Shown: positions 26,230 to 34,332 of the stretch, piece after piece
How the letters are laid out: every line of letters starts with the position of its first letter
Numbering within the stretch: position 1 is the first letter of the stretch
DNA from: Clostridia bacterium
GTDB taxonomy: Bacteria; Bacillota; Clostridia; Christensenellales; UBA3700
Reading direction: 5' to 3'
Length of the DNA stretch: 64,000 bases
Assembly: GCA_036659935.1 (NCBI GenBank)
Contig: JAVXBP010000001.1
Span: 4,067-68,066, forward strand
Notes under the pieces: generated by a model
What the model was told of the DNA's origin: nothing
What the model saw: only the letters and a program-made list of their open reading frames with translations
Databases searched by the model: none
Position numbers and translations under genes: made by a program

Positions 26230-26396
26230 AGGTCGCTTTCCACTTATTGTCGGTGAAATTTTGAGAAAGTCGAGCGTGTTGTGATAGGTCGCTTTTCAGT
26301 TGTGTCGGTAACATTTTGAAAAAGTCGAGTGTGTTGTGACAGGTCGCTTTCCGCTTATTGTTGACTGCATTTTGAGAAAGTCGCGCGCACGATGAT
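26230..26396. repeat. Three tandem copies of a ~56-bp unit upstream of cwlJ
   Basis: Units at 26230-26285, 26286-26340 and 26341-26396 all begin AGGTCGCTTT and share ATTTTGA(G/A)AAAGTCG. About 80% identity. Confidence 0.9.
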
Positions 26397-26529
26397 AAAA
26401 AAATTATTTTTTTTGCTCAATCGGTTGCTAAAATGGCAACAAATGTAGTAAAATAACCACATAAGAGCGCGAGCTCACGCTTGCAAATGCAGGCGCGTTG
26501 ACAAGAAATCAATTTTGGAGGTTCTTTTT

Positions 26530-27210
26530 ATGGAATTCGTTTACAAAGGCAAAACAAAAGATGTTTACAAACTTGACAATGGCAATTATTTGTTGAAGTT
26601 CAAGGACGACGCTACTGGTGTTAACGGAGTTTTTGACCCGGGCGCAAATACTGTTGGCGTTACTATCGACGGTCTTGGCAAAGACGCGCTCAAGTTGACA
26701 ACTTATTTCTACACATTGCTTACAAAAATGGGCGTTCCAAATCACTTTGTCTCATCTGACATAGAAAATGGCGCAATGGAAGTTTTGCCATGCAAAGCGT
26801 TTGGCAAAGGGCTCGAAGTTATCTGCCGCTGCAAGGCTGTAGGAAGCTTTTTTAGACGTTATGGCGATTATTGCCAAAAGGGACAAGCGCTCGACTACTA
26901 TGTTGAGACAACGCTCAAAGACGACGCAAGAGAAGACCCGCTTATCACAAAAGACGCGCTCGCAATGCTCGACATTGTCAGCCCAGCTCAATATGAGTCT
27001 CTCAAAGCCGACACTGTCAAAATTTGCAAAATTGTAGAAAGCGAACTTGCAAAACGCAACGTTACTCTCTTTGACATAAAGTTTGAGTTTGGCACAACCA
27101 AAGACGGCAAAGTTATTTTGATTGACGAAATTTCCGGTGGAAATATGCGCGCGATGAAAGACGGCAAGTTCCTTGAGCCGTTGGAATACGCTCCAATCAT
27201 TCTTGGCTAA
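26530..27210 (+). CDS. purC: Phosphoribosylaminoimidazole-succinocarboxamide (SAICAR) synthase
   Basis: MEFVYKGKTKDVYKLDNGNYLLKFKDDATG... is typical of PurC. GGAGG Shine-Dalgarno 9 nt upstream of ATG 26530. Confidence 0.85.
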   Translation: MEFVYKGKTKDVYKLDNGNYLLKFKDDATGVNGVFDPGANTVGVTIDGLGKDALKLTTYFYTLLTKMGVPNHFVSSDIENGAMEVLPCKAFGKGLEVICRCKAVGSFFRRYGDYCQKGQALDYYVETTLKDDAREDPLITKDALAMLDIVSPAQYESLKADTVKICKIVESELAKRNVTLFDIKFEFGTTKDGKVILIDEISGGNMRAMKDGKFLEPLEYAPIILG

Positions 27211-27277
27211 AATGGAAGTCGCAAAAATATTCGCGTGGCGTTGAATTGCGTTTGCGGATAAAATAATAAACAATATT

Positions 27278-27316
27278 AAGTCAATCGTCGCGTTTGTGGT
27301 GGTTGACTTTTTTTAA
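27278..27316 (+). terminator. Candidate rho-independent terminator after purC
   Basis: 7-bp stem AAGTCAA / TTGACTT with a long loop, followed by T7. Confidence 0.45.
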
Positions 27317-27454
27317 GCGAACTTTCCGAAAACGACTTGTTCAAATAAAGTTTGAGTTTTTGGCAAAAGTAATTGTTTTTTGAACGCAATTTTGTTATAA
27401 TAGCTGTATAATTGTTTGGGAATGGCATATTTGCCGTTCGCGTAGGGGGGAATT

Positions 27455-28165
27455 ATGTGGTATGCTATTGTAGCGATTGTCGCGCTTGGCGTGGGCGTTG
27501 GTCTGGGGCTTGGCATCGAAAAGCTTGGTCAATATATGTATTACAAGCGAATGGGCTCTGGCGCGTCAACCATAGAACTCAGAAAGGTTTATGACGAGCA
27601 ATCGGCTGAACTTGCCGCAAAAAAAGCTGTGGTAGGGACTGTTTTTCTCGGCGACTCAATCACCGAGCAATATGATATCGAGCAATATTATCCAAACAAA
27701 GGCTATCTCAATCGTGGCATTGGCGGCAACATTGGCGTGCAAATTCTTGACAGAATGGACGGCAACGTTCTTGTAATGCAACCACAAAGAATTATTTTGC
27801 TTATCGGCACAAATGACTTATATTTTGGCTTTGCTCCGTCAAAAGTTGTCTCAACGATTGGTGAAATTGTTGACAATATAAGACAAAAAAGTCCGCAAAC
27901 GCAAGTGATTGTCGAGGGCGTATATCCGCTCAATTCCACTTTGCTCAATGACCCAAATCGCAACAACGCAAATGTCTTGCTCATCAACAAGGGGCTTGTA
28001 GAATTGTGCGAGAAAGAAAAGTTGCAATATGTCGACACTCACAAACTGCTCGCCGACAGCGATGGACAGCTTGTCAAAGAGTATACTCGCGACGGACTGC
28101 ATCTCAACGCAAACGGCTATGTCGCGTTGACAAAGTTCTTGCAATCTGAGATAGAAAATTTGTAG
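27455..28165 (+). CDS. SGNH/GDSL-family hydrolase with an N-terminal membrane anchor
   Basis: N-terminal hydrophobic helix. FLGDSITEQ, NRGIGGN, LIGTNDL and DGLHLNANGY blocks. Confidence 0.85.
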   Translation: MWYAIVAIVALGVGVGLGLGIEKLGQYMYYKRMGSGASTIELRKVYDEQSAELAAKKAVVGTVFLGDSITEQYDIEQYYPNKGYLNRGIGGNIGVQILDRMDGNVLVMQPQRIILLIGTNDLYFGFAPSKVVSTIGEIVDNIRQKSPQTQVIVEGVYPLNSTLLNDPNRNNANVLLINKGLVELCEKEKLQYVDTHKLLADSDGQLVKEYTRDGLHLNANGYVALTKFLQSEIENL

Positions 28166-28212
28166 AATTGCGTCGCAAAGCAAAGTCGGAAAAATTAAAA
28201 TTATGATAAAAG

Positions 28213-28250
28213 AAAACGAACCAAACTCGTGTGAGCAAGGTTCGTTTTTT
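28213..28250. terminator. Bidirectional rho-independent terminator between convergent genes
   Basis: Stem AACGAACC / GGTTCGTT flanked by an A-run and a T-run. Confidence 0.7.
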
Positions 28251-28279
28251 GTTGTTTTTGCAAATGATATTCTCTCTTA

Positions 28280-29779
28280 TCAATCAAAGATATTGTTCAT
28301 TGCGCGCAACAGTGAACGCTCGTGTGAGTATGGCAAATCGCAATTGTAATGCCAAATCATCATTCCGCCGAGCCCAGAGTCATAAGCAAACGCAGTCTTA
28401 TCTTGTATCATATTTACGCCGTTGTACCACCTTGCTTTTACAAGGAAAGTGTTGCCGTCATAGTCTGTTGTGACAAATTCCGACGCGATATAGTTGGAAA
28501 ATTCGCTCATATTTTGATATTCGCCAGACCAACCTCCCCAGAAAGCGCCATAGTCGACAGGGCGAGAATAGAAAGGCACGCCAAGGTCGAGTTTTTCTTT
28601 TGGAAAGCCTTTTTTGATCATATAATCAATTGCGTCAGTGCAAGCGAGTTTCCAGCCTGAGTGGTTGCCTCTTTTGTCCATAAGGTCATAAGCCATAACC
28701 TCGAACATATCGACCGCCTCGATTGCTTTTTTCGAATATTTTATGCCCCAAGGCGCGACAGCGATTGAGATAAGTTTGTTTGGAATTGCACCCTTGAGCG
28801 CAATCAAAAAGTCGCCGTATGTCGTGTAATCGTCTTGTGTGTATGGATATTCATAGTCGAAAGAAAGCCCGTCAATTGGCAGTTCGTCAAGGCATTTGGA
28901 AAGGTTCGCAATAAAGTTCGCTCGGTTGTCCTTGAACGCTATTTTTTGAACGCTTGCAAAAAACTTTTCGTTGGAAAGTCCGCTCGTGTTTTTGAGTGTG
29001 TTGTTGGGCATAAAGTTTACAAAAAGTCGTGGCATTTTTTCTCCGCAAGTCGCCTTGATGATTGCGATTGCTTTGTCGAGAGTCTCGCGACCTTGAGTGA
29101 TAAGCAAGCCTTTGTCGTCATAAGTCGGTTTGCCGTCTTTGTCATAAATCGCATTGCCGAGAGCAATGTCGCCTTTTTCGCTGTAAATCGCCTGTCCAAA
29201 AAGAATTACGTCAGTGACGTGGCGCAGTCCTTCTGTGTCAACCTTGCCGTCAACAAATTCGTTGACAGGAATGTAGGTTGTTATGCGGAAGTCTTTTTGC
29301 GGACGTTGAGTGTTGTAAAGCTCGAATTTGTCAATTGTAAATTTTTGCTTGCCAACAGAAAACGCGCGAATTGTCATTTCTTTGACTTTGATATTGTCAA
29401 TATAACAAAAACGCAAACCGTTTATTTCGTCTTGTTTGTACAACAATTTTTGTTCGGTCTTGTCTGGCTCGCCGTTTTCGCCTTTTTTGACAACAGGTAT
29501 CCAAACCTCGAAGGCGCTCACCGAGCTTGTCTTTTCGCGCAAGACAATTGTGTTAATTTCCTTTTCTTCTGGCAAGACAACAGTGACTTGCGATGACTTG
29601 TTGGTCAACTTGAAGTCTTTTGAAGTTTTGTCTTTTGAATAGTTGAAAGTTGCATTTGCAGCCAAGTTTTCGCCGTCTGGGCGAGTCGATTGAATCTTCG
29701 AGCAACCGACAAACAGTGTCGAAAGCATCGTTGTCGCCAAAACCAGCAACAATGACAGTGTGATAAGTTTTTTTCTCAT
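28280..29779 (-). CDS. GH18-family glycoside hydrolase lipoprotein with an N-terminal discoidin/CBM32-like domain
   Basis: Lipobox LFVGCS. PIDGLSFDYEYP corresponds to the GH18 DGxDxDxE catalytic strand, with Ser replacing the middle Asp. AAGGGGTGG Shine-Dalgarno. Confidence 0.8.
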   Translation of the reverse strand: MRKKLITLSLLLVLATTMLSTLFVGCSKIQSTRPDGENLAANATFNYSKDKTSKDFKLTNKSSQVTVVLPEEKEINTIVLREKTSSVSAFEVWIPVVKKGENGEPDKTEQKLLYKQDEINGLRFCYIDNIKVKEMTIRAFSVGKQKFTIDKFELYNTQRPQKDFRITTYIPVNEFVDGKVDTEGLRHVTDVILFGQAIYSEKGDIALGNAIYDKDGKPTYDDKGLLITQGRETLDKAIAIIKATCGEKMPRLFVNFMPNNTLKNTSGLSNEKFFASVQKIAFKDNRANFIANLSKCLDELPIDGLSFDYEYPYTQDDYTTYGDFLIALKGAIPNKLISIAVAPWGIKYSKKAIEAVDMFEVMAYDLMDKRGNHSGWKLACTDAIDYMIKKGFPKEKLDLGVPFYSRPVDYGAFWGGWSGEYQNMSEFSNYIASEFVTTDYDGNTFLVKARWYNGVNMIQDKTAFAYDSGLGGMMIWHYNCDLPYSHERSLLRAMNNIFD

Positions 29780-29875
29780 AGTCCACCCCTTATCTTTCTA
29801 TTATATATTATAACAATTGTATTGTCAATCGAGAAAAAAATAACTTTGCAATTTTTTTAATTTTTGTTGGAAAAT

Positions 29876-29901
29876 GTCGCAAAATATTGCAATATTGCGA
29901 C
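29876..29901. promoter_or_regulatory. Inverted repeat GTCGCAA-N12-TTGCGAC enclosing a perfect 14-bp palindrome AATATTGCAATATT
   Basis: Lies in the divergent GH18 / MATE promoter region. The core ATATTGCAATAT recurs at 16639-16650. Confidence 0.5.
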
Positions 29902-30211
29902 AGAACATTAAACTTTGGAGAAAAAATGAGCCACTTGATTGAACTTTGCAATTAAGATATGGCGAAATGGTCAAAAAAAATTAGAGAGTAACAATATAAT
30001 AGAAAAAATAAAATTGTCGAAAAAAAATTAAAAGTTGGCGCTTTGTTGCTCAAAAGGTTTATTTTATGCTCAAAATGTGCTATAATTGCCAGAGAATAAA
30101 AAAAGGTAATGAAGTTTTGGTCTAAATTCGTTCTTTGTGGCGGTATTAAAATATGCTTCGATAACACAATGTTACAATTCGCAGGGTAAAAGTTCATAGG
30201 AAAAGTCAAAA

Positions 30212-31600
30212 ATGTTAGAAAAGCAATTTGTCACTCTCCCAACAAAAAAGATATTTTTTAAATTGGCCGTGCCAAACGTGTTGAGCATGGTGTTTTCTTC
30301 CATATATATGATGGCGGACGGCATTTTTGTCGGGCGATTTATTGGTGGAAACGCGCTCGCCGCGGTCAGCCTTGTTATGCCTATTGTAACAATTATTTTC
30401 GCGCTGTCCAACATGATAGCGATTGGCTCGTCGGTCAAAGTTTCGACGGCGCTTGGCGAAGGCAACACTCAAAAAGCGAAAGAAATATTTACGGCGAGTG
30501 TTTTGACGATTGTCGGCATTGGCGCGGTATTTTCGTTGATTGGGATATTTTTTGCAAAGACGATAATTTTTGCGGTTATTCAAGACGACATTCTCGCCGA
30601 TTTGGCGTATAGATATATCGAATATTTTATTTATGGCTTGCCGTTTATTATGCCTATGTTCGCGATGGACAACTTTTTGCGCGCGTGCGGAAAGGCAAAA
30701 TATAATATGACGGTCAACATTTTTGTGTCAATTCTCAATATTTTTCTTGACTGGCTGTTTATCGCTTATCTTGGCTATGGCATTGAGTTCTCGGCGATTT
30801 CGTCGGTTGGAAGCATTTTGATTGGGACAATTTTTTCGTTCGCTCCGTTTTTTGGCAAAAAAATGGCGTTGCATTTTACAAAACCAAAGATTTCGTTGCG
30901 CGAGGCGTGGGGCATAGTTTACAACGGAAGTTCGGAATTTTTGAGCAGTATTTCCAACGCTTTTATGGCGACGGTCATCAATATTATGTTGCTCAATCTT
31001 GGCGGGTCGGTCGCGGTGGCGAGCTATGGCATTGTAATGTATATCGACGTTTTGTTGATTGGCGCGCTCTATGGAGTCCTTGATTCCGTTCAACCAGTGG
31101 TGAGCTACAACGTGGGCGCAAAAGAGATAAAACGCGCCTTTTCGTTTTTCCGAATTACGTGCGTTGCAACGGCTGTTTTGTCGGGTGTGTGCATGGCGGT
31201 GATTATGATTTTCCCGCAAGCGCTCGCAAGCATTTTTGCAAAGGATAACAATGCCGAGATTATCAAAATGACCACGTCGGCTTTGCTGCTTTTCGCGCCG
31301 TCTTATCTTTTCACTTGGTTCAATATGAGCGCCAGCGCGTTTTTGACGGCGATTGACAAGCCGAAAGAATCAATGATAATTATGCTTTTCCGCACAGTTT
31401 CACCATTCGTTTGCGTGTTTGCGCTGTCGTCTTTTATGGGAGTCTATGGAGTGTATTTTACGGCGACCGTGGCTGGCGCGTTGACGGTGATTGTCTCAAT
31501 CGTCATCTCGATAAACGCAAAACGCAAGTTGAAAAAACAATGTGTTCCTGCCGTCCAAGCGGTCGAGTTGCAAGAGAAAGCGACAGAAAATTATAATTGA
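30212..31600 (+). CDS. MATE-family efflux transporter
   Basis: 462 aa. FKLAVPNVLSMVFSSIYMMADGIFVGRFIG and 12 hydrophobic segments. Confidence 0.9.
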   Translation: MLEKQFVTLPTKKIFFKLAVPNVLSMVFSSIYMMADGIFVGRFIGGNALAAVSLVMPIVTIIFALSNMIAIGSSVKVSTALGEGNTQKAKEIFTASVLTIVGIGAVFSLIGIFFAKTIIFAVIQDDILADLAYRYIEYFIYGLPFIMPMFAMDNFLRACGKAKYNMTVNIFVSILNIFLDWLFIAYLGYGIEFSAISSVGSILIGTIFSFAPFFGKKMALHFTKPKISLREAWGIVYNGSSEFLSSISNAFMATVINIMLLNLGGSVAVASYGIVMYIDVLLIGALYGVLDSVQPVVSYNVGAKEIKRAFSFFRITCVATAVLSGVCMAVIMIFPQALASIFAKDNNAEIIKMTTSALLLFAPSYLFTWFNMSASAFLTAIDKPKESMIIMLFRTVSPFVCVFALSSFMGVYGVYFTATVAGALTVIVSIVISINAKRKLKKQCVPAVQAVELQEKATENYN

Positions 31601-31675
31601 AAAAATGTTTTCTAACATTAAAATTATTAAAATGTAAACGATAAAAAAAGTAAGTCAAAAAAGTTATATTTTTCG

Positions 31676-31707
31676 CAAGCGTAACATCGAGTCGCGCTTG
31701 TTTTTTT
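31676..31707 (+). terminator. Rho-independent terminator
   Basis: Stem CAAGCG / CGCTTG followed by T7. Confidence 0.6.
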
Positions 31708-31713
31708 GCGTGG

Positions 31714-31792
31714 AAAAGGCGAAAAAGGCGACAAAAAAGGGCGACAATTTGAATAACAAAAAAGGCGACAAAAAAGGCGACGAAAGGGCGAT
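31714..31792 (+). repeat. Six copies of the word AAA(A)GG(G)CGA(C) within 79 bp
   Basis: Copies start near 31714, 31723, 31736, 31758, 31771 and 31783. Upstream of the GIY-YIG gene. Confidence 0.85.
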
Positions 31793-31863
31793 ATTTATTT
31801 TTTTTTGATATTGACAAATGGCGCGGTTGGTGGTAAGCTATTATTAAGGTTGGAATTGTTGAA

Positions 31864-32127
31864 ATGTTTTATATTTATATTCTAGAATGCGCCGACGGCA
31901 CGCTTTATTGCGGATATACAAACGACATTGTCGCGCGCGTCGCGACGCACAACGCGGGCAAAGGGGCGAAATATACAAAAGGCAGGTTGCCCGTCGAGAT
32001 GATATACAGCGAGCAGTTTGACACAAAGTCGCAAGCGCTGATACGCGAATGCGCAATCAAAAAGCTGTCAAGAAAAGAAAAGTTGCAACTTGTCGGAAGA
32101 GATAAAGCCGCGAAAGTTGATTGTTGA
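31864..32127 (+). CDS. GIY-YIG nuclease-domain protein (UPF0213 / YhbQ-like)
   Basis: 87 aa. MFYIYILECADGTLYCGYTNDIVARVATHNAGKGAKYTKGRLP is the stand-alone GIY-YIG (URI) fold. Confidence 0.85.
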   Translation: MFYIYILECADGTLYCGYTNDIVARVATHNAGKGAKYTKGRLPVEMIYSEQFDTKSQALIRECAIKKLSRKEKLQLVGRDKAAKVDC

Positions 32128-32225
32128 AAGTGTAAGAAAAAATAACAACTTCTCGGAAAAAGCAAAGTTGATTGTTGAAAGTGTAAGAAAAAAGTAACAA
32201 CTTCTCGAAAAAAGCAAAGTTGTAT
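32113..32225 (+). repeat. 51-bp tandem repeat (2.2 copies) starting inside the last five codons of the GIY-YIG gene
   Basis: 32113-32163 and 32164-32215 are near-identical (AAAGTTGATTGTTGAAAGTGTAAGAAAAAA...). A partial third copy is at 32216-32225. The KVDC-stop ending is therefore present twice. Confidence 0.9.
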
Positions 32226-32330
32226 AAGCCAATAGAGATTAAAAGAATAACAGCTTGCTATCAAAGAAAGTTGACAGTTGTAGGCGAGTGAAATTATGTT
32301 TTCGAAAAACAAAAATATGTTGAAATTTTG

Positions 32331-32359
32331 TTGACAAGCGATTTGTTGTATGTTATTAT
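32331..32359 (+). promoter_or_regulatory. Sigma-A-type promoter of the rubredoxin/rubrerythrin operon
   Basis: TTGACA (32331-32336), 17-nt spacer, TATTAT (32354-32359). Confidence 0.65.
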
Positions 32360-32364
32360 AAAAA

Positions 32365-32379
32365 TAGGAATAATTCCTA
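32365..32379. promoter_or_regulatory. Perfect 7-1-7 palindrome TAGGAATAATTCCTA (Fur-family-box architecture) at the predicted transcription start
   Basis: Seen directly. The inner AAT-N-ATT core is the same as in Fur/PerR/Zur 7-1-7 boxes. Begins 6 nt after the -10. Confidence 0.55.
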
Positions 32380-32532
32380 ATTTACTAAAGCGAATTGCAA
32401 AAATAAAATTATTTGTCAAAAGTCATTTGTTTGTCGGGAAGTAATTTTCTTGATTGACGAATATGCTAAACGACAAGGCTTTGATTGCAAACTCGCGTTT
32501 GGAAAGGCGGAAAAAAACAAAGGAGGAACGTT

Positions 32533-33189
32533 ATGAAAAAATATGTTTGTTCAGTATGCGGTTATGTATACGACGAACAAAAAGAGGCGGTTAGGTTCGA
32601 CGACTTGCCTGCAAATTGGGTTTGTCCACTTTGTGGCGCGCCAAAGAGCGCGTTCAATGAGATGACCGAGAAAAAGACCGAGCCAGCTGTGTCGCAACCT
32701 GTCTCATCGACAGCAAAAAGCGTCGACGTGAGCGCGGACAGAGAATTATCCAACGCGGAGCTTAATGTTTTGTGCACAAACCTTGCAAAAGGTTGTGAGA
32801 AACAATATCGCGCGGAAGAAGCGAGCTTGTTTGGCGAGATTGCTGATTATTACAAAAAGCGTAGCGAAAAGCCAGCGGAAAAAAGCTTTGACGATATTAC
32901 AAAATTTTTGAAAGACGACCTTGCAAACAGTTTTGGCGTGGCGTTCGACCAAGCGAGAGCCGACGGCGACCGCGGAGCGTTGAGAGTGTTGACCTGGAGC
33001 GAAAAAGTTTCGAAAATTGTCGATTCGCTCATATCGAGATATCGCAAGGAAGGCACGGCTTTTTTGCAAAACACAAAAATATTTGTGTGCGAAATTTGTG
33101 GCTTTATTTATATCGGTGACGAAGCGCCAGAAATTTGTCCTATTTGCAAAGTTCCAAGATTGAAAATTCACGAAGTAGGGAGGATATAG
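32533..33189 (+). CDS. Rubredoxin-domain protein: N-terminal rubredoxin, central helical region, C-terminal rubredoxin-like Cys4 knuckle
   Basis: [15 protein letters not shown]...[10 protein letters not shown] (rubredoxin) and [24 protein letters not shown] (rubrerythrin-type C-terminal Cys4). AGGAGG Shine-Dalgarno before ATG 32533. Confidence 0.8.
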   Translation: MKKYVCSVCGYVYDEQKEAVRFDDLPANWVCPLCGAPKSAFNEMTEKKTEPAVSQPVSSTAKSVDVSADRELSNAELNVLCTNLAKGCEKQYRAEEASLFGEIADYYKKRSEKPAEKSFDDITKFLKDDLANSFGVAFDQARADGDRGALRVLTWSEKVSKIVDSLISRYRKEGTAFLQNTKIFVCEICGFIYIGDEAPEICPICKVPRLKIHEVGRI

Positions 33190-33191
33190 AA

Positions 33192-34232
33192 ATGTTTGCA
33201 GTAAGAAATTTGAGATTATGCACAAAAGATTGCTTGTGTTTGTATGTTTGCCCGACCCACGCGACTGACACGGAAAACGGTCAAATTGATTGGAAAAAGT
33301 GCATTGGTTGTGGAATGTGCGCGCAATCTTGCCCGTCACACGCGATATCAATGGTGCCAGAAGATATGCCAGAGCAACAACTCAAGAGTGAGAAAGTTGT
33401 CGCGGACTTGAACGCGTTGACAAAAAGCAAAGTGAGACAAGAAAAGATTGCGGAAAATGTTAGAGACGCAAGCGACGACGAATTGACAAGAAAGTTGGCG
33501 GAAGCGCTGAGACTTTCCAATCATATTATGGCGGAAGATATTGTCAGAGAAGCGGGCTATATGTTGCCACAAAGCGACAACGGCATTGCATTCTTGCAAG
33601 ACATCTTAACAAAGGAAACAAATGAGGACTTCCCAAAAGAAGCCGTTCAAAAATTGTTGGAAAAATTACAAAATAAAAAAAAGGAAGGTACTAAAATTAT
33701 GGAATTGAAAGGAACAAAAACTGAGCAAAACTTGAAAGACGCATTTGCTGGCGAAAGCCAAGCGAGAAACAAATATTCATACTTCGCAAGCGTTGCGAGA
33801 AAAGAGGGCTATGAACAAATTGCCGCTATTTTTGAACACACCGCCGACAACGAAAAAGAGCACGCAAAATTGTGGTTCAAAGCGCTCAATGAGCTTGGCG
33901 ACACAAAACAAAACTTGGCTCACGCGGCTGACGGCGAATATTATGAGTGGACAGATATGTATGAGAGATTTGCTGTCGACGCAGAAAAAGAAGGCTTCAC
34001 CGAGCTCGCGCTGAGATTTAGAGGCGTGGCAAAAATTGAAAAAACTCACGAAGAACGCTATAGAGCGTTGCTCAAAAACGTTGATATGCAAGCAGTTTTT
34101 GCAAAAGCTGACGAAACTATGTGGGAATGTCGCAATTGCGGACACCTTGTAATTGGCAAGAAAGCGCCAGAAGTTTGCCCAGTTTGCAATCACCCACAAA
34201 GCTATTTCGAAGTTAGAAGCACAAATTATTAA
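33192..34232 (+). CDS. 4Fe-4S ferredoxin domain fused in frame to a complete rubrerythrin (possible second internal start at 33699)
   Basis: N-terminus has [12 protein letters not shown] plus a variant cluster motif. From [26 protein letters not shown]... to ...[23 protein letters not shown] is a full rubrerythrin. No stop codon between the two parts. Confidence 0.8.
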   Translation: MFAVRNLRLCTKDCLCLYVCPTHATDTENGQIDWKKCIGCGMCAQSCPSHAISMVPEDMPEQQLKSEKVVADLNALTKSKVRQEKIAENVRDASDDELTRKLAEALRLSNHIMAEDIVREAGYMLPQSDNGIAFLQDILTKETNEDFPKEAVQKLLEKLQNKKKEGTKIMELKGTKTEQNLKDAFAGESQARNKYSYFASVARKEGYEQIAAIFEHTADNEKEHAKLWFKALNELGDTKQNLAHAADGEYYEWTDMYERFAVDAEKEGFTELALRFRGVAKIEKTHEERYRALLKNVDMQAVFAKADETMWECRNCGHLVIGKKAPEVCPVCNHPQSYFEVRSTNY

Positions 34233-34321
34233 GCCACAAGAATGGCGGAAACGCGACAAGAAAGCTATTTTGAAGTCAAAAATATAAAAAAATAAGCCAC
34301 AAAAAAATGGCGAAAACGCGA
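34198..34321 (+). repeat. Imperfect 63-bp tandem duplication of the rubrerythrin 3' end, including its stop codon
   Basis: AAAGCTATTTCGAAGT...TAAGCCACAAGAATGGCGGAAACGCGA (34198-34256) versus AAAGCTATTTTGAAGT...TAAGCCACAAAAAAATGGCGAAAACGCGA (34261-34321). Confidence 0.85.
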
Positions 34322-34332
34322 AAAAACAACGC

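Noticed and set aside
26156-26314. 53-codon N-terminal extension of cwlJ
   Set aside because: The extension is read out of the 56-bp tandem repeats. The conserved hydrolase domain starts at MSDLELLARILRCEAGGEG, which has its own GAGGT ribosome-binding site.
26400-26529. Possible purine or ZTP riboswitch upstream of purC; also T-box or riboswitch leaders upstream of fhs-glnS (49119-49280) and the amino-acid ABC operon (52641-52873)
   Set aside because: I could not find the conserved cores (purine-riboswitch loop motifs, pfl/ZTP GGGTCGTGAC...CCGCCTGGG, or the T-box AANNNGGGTGGTACCGCG). The leaders are short or AT-rich without the required GC-rich helices. An Rfam/Infernal scan would settle it.
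31601-32330. GIY-YIG gene with flanking repeats as a mobile homing element
   Set aside because: The protein is the short housekeeping-type UPF0213 domain only. There is no intron or intein context, no recombinase, no inverted terminal repeats and no target duplication. The flanking repeats resemble those seen at many other unrelated spacers in the window.
34233-34300. Programmed stop-codon read-through or alternative C-terminus of rubrerythrin through the duplicated 3' end
   Set aside because: There is no read-through context or recoding signal. The downstream copy is diverged beyond the first five codons. The pattern is shared by several unrelated genes, which favours a mutational origin.
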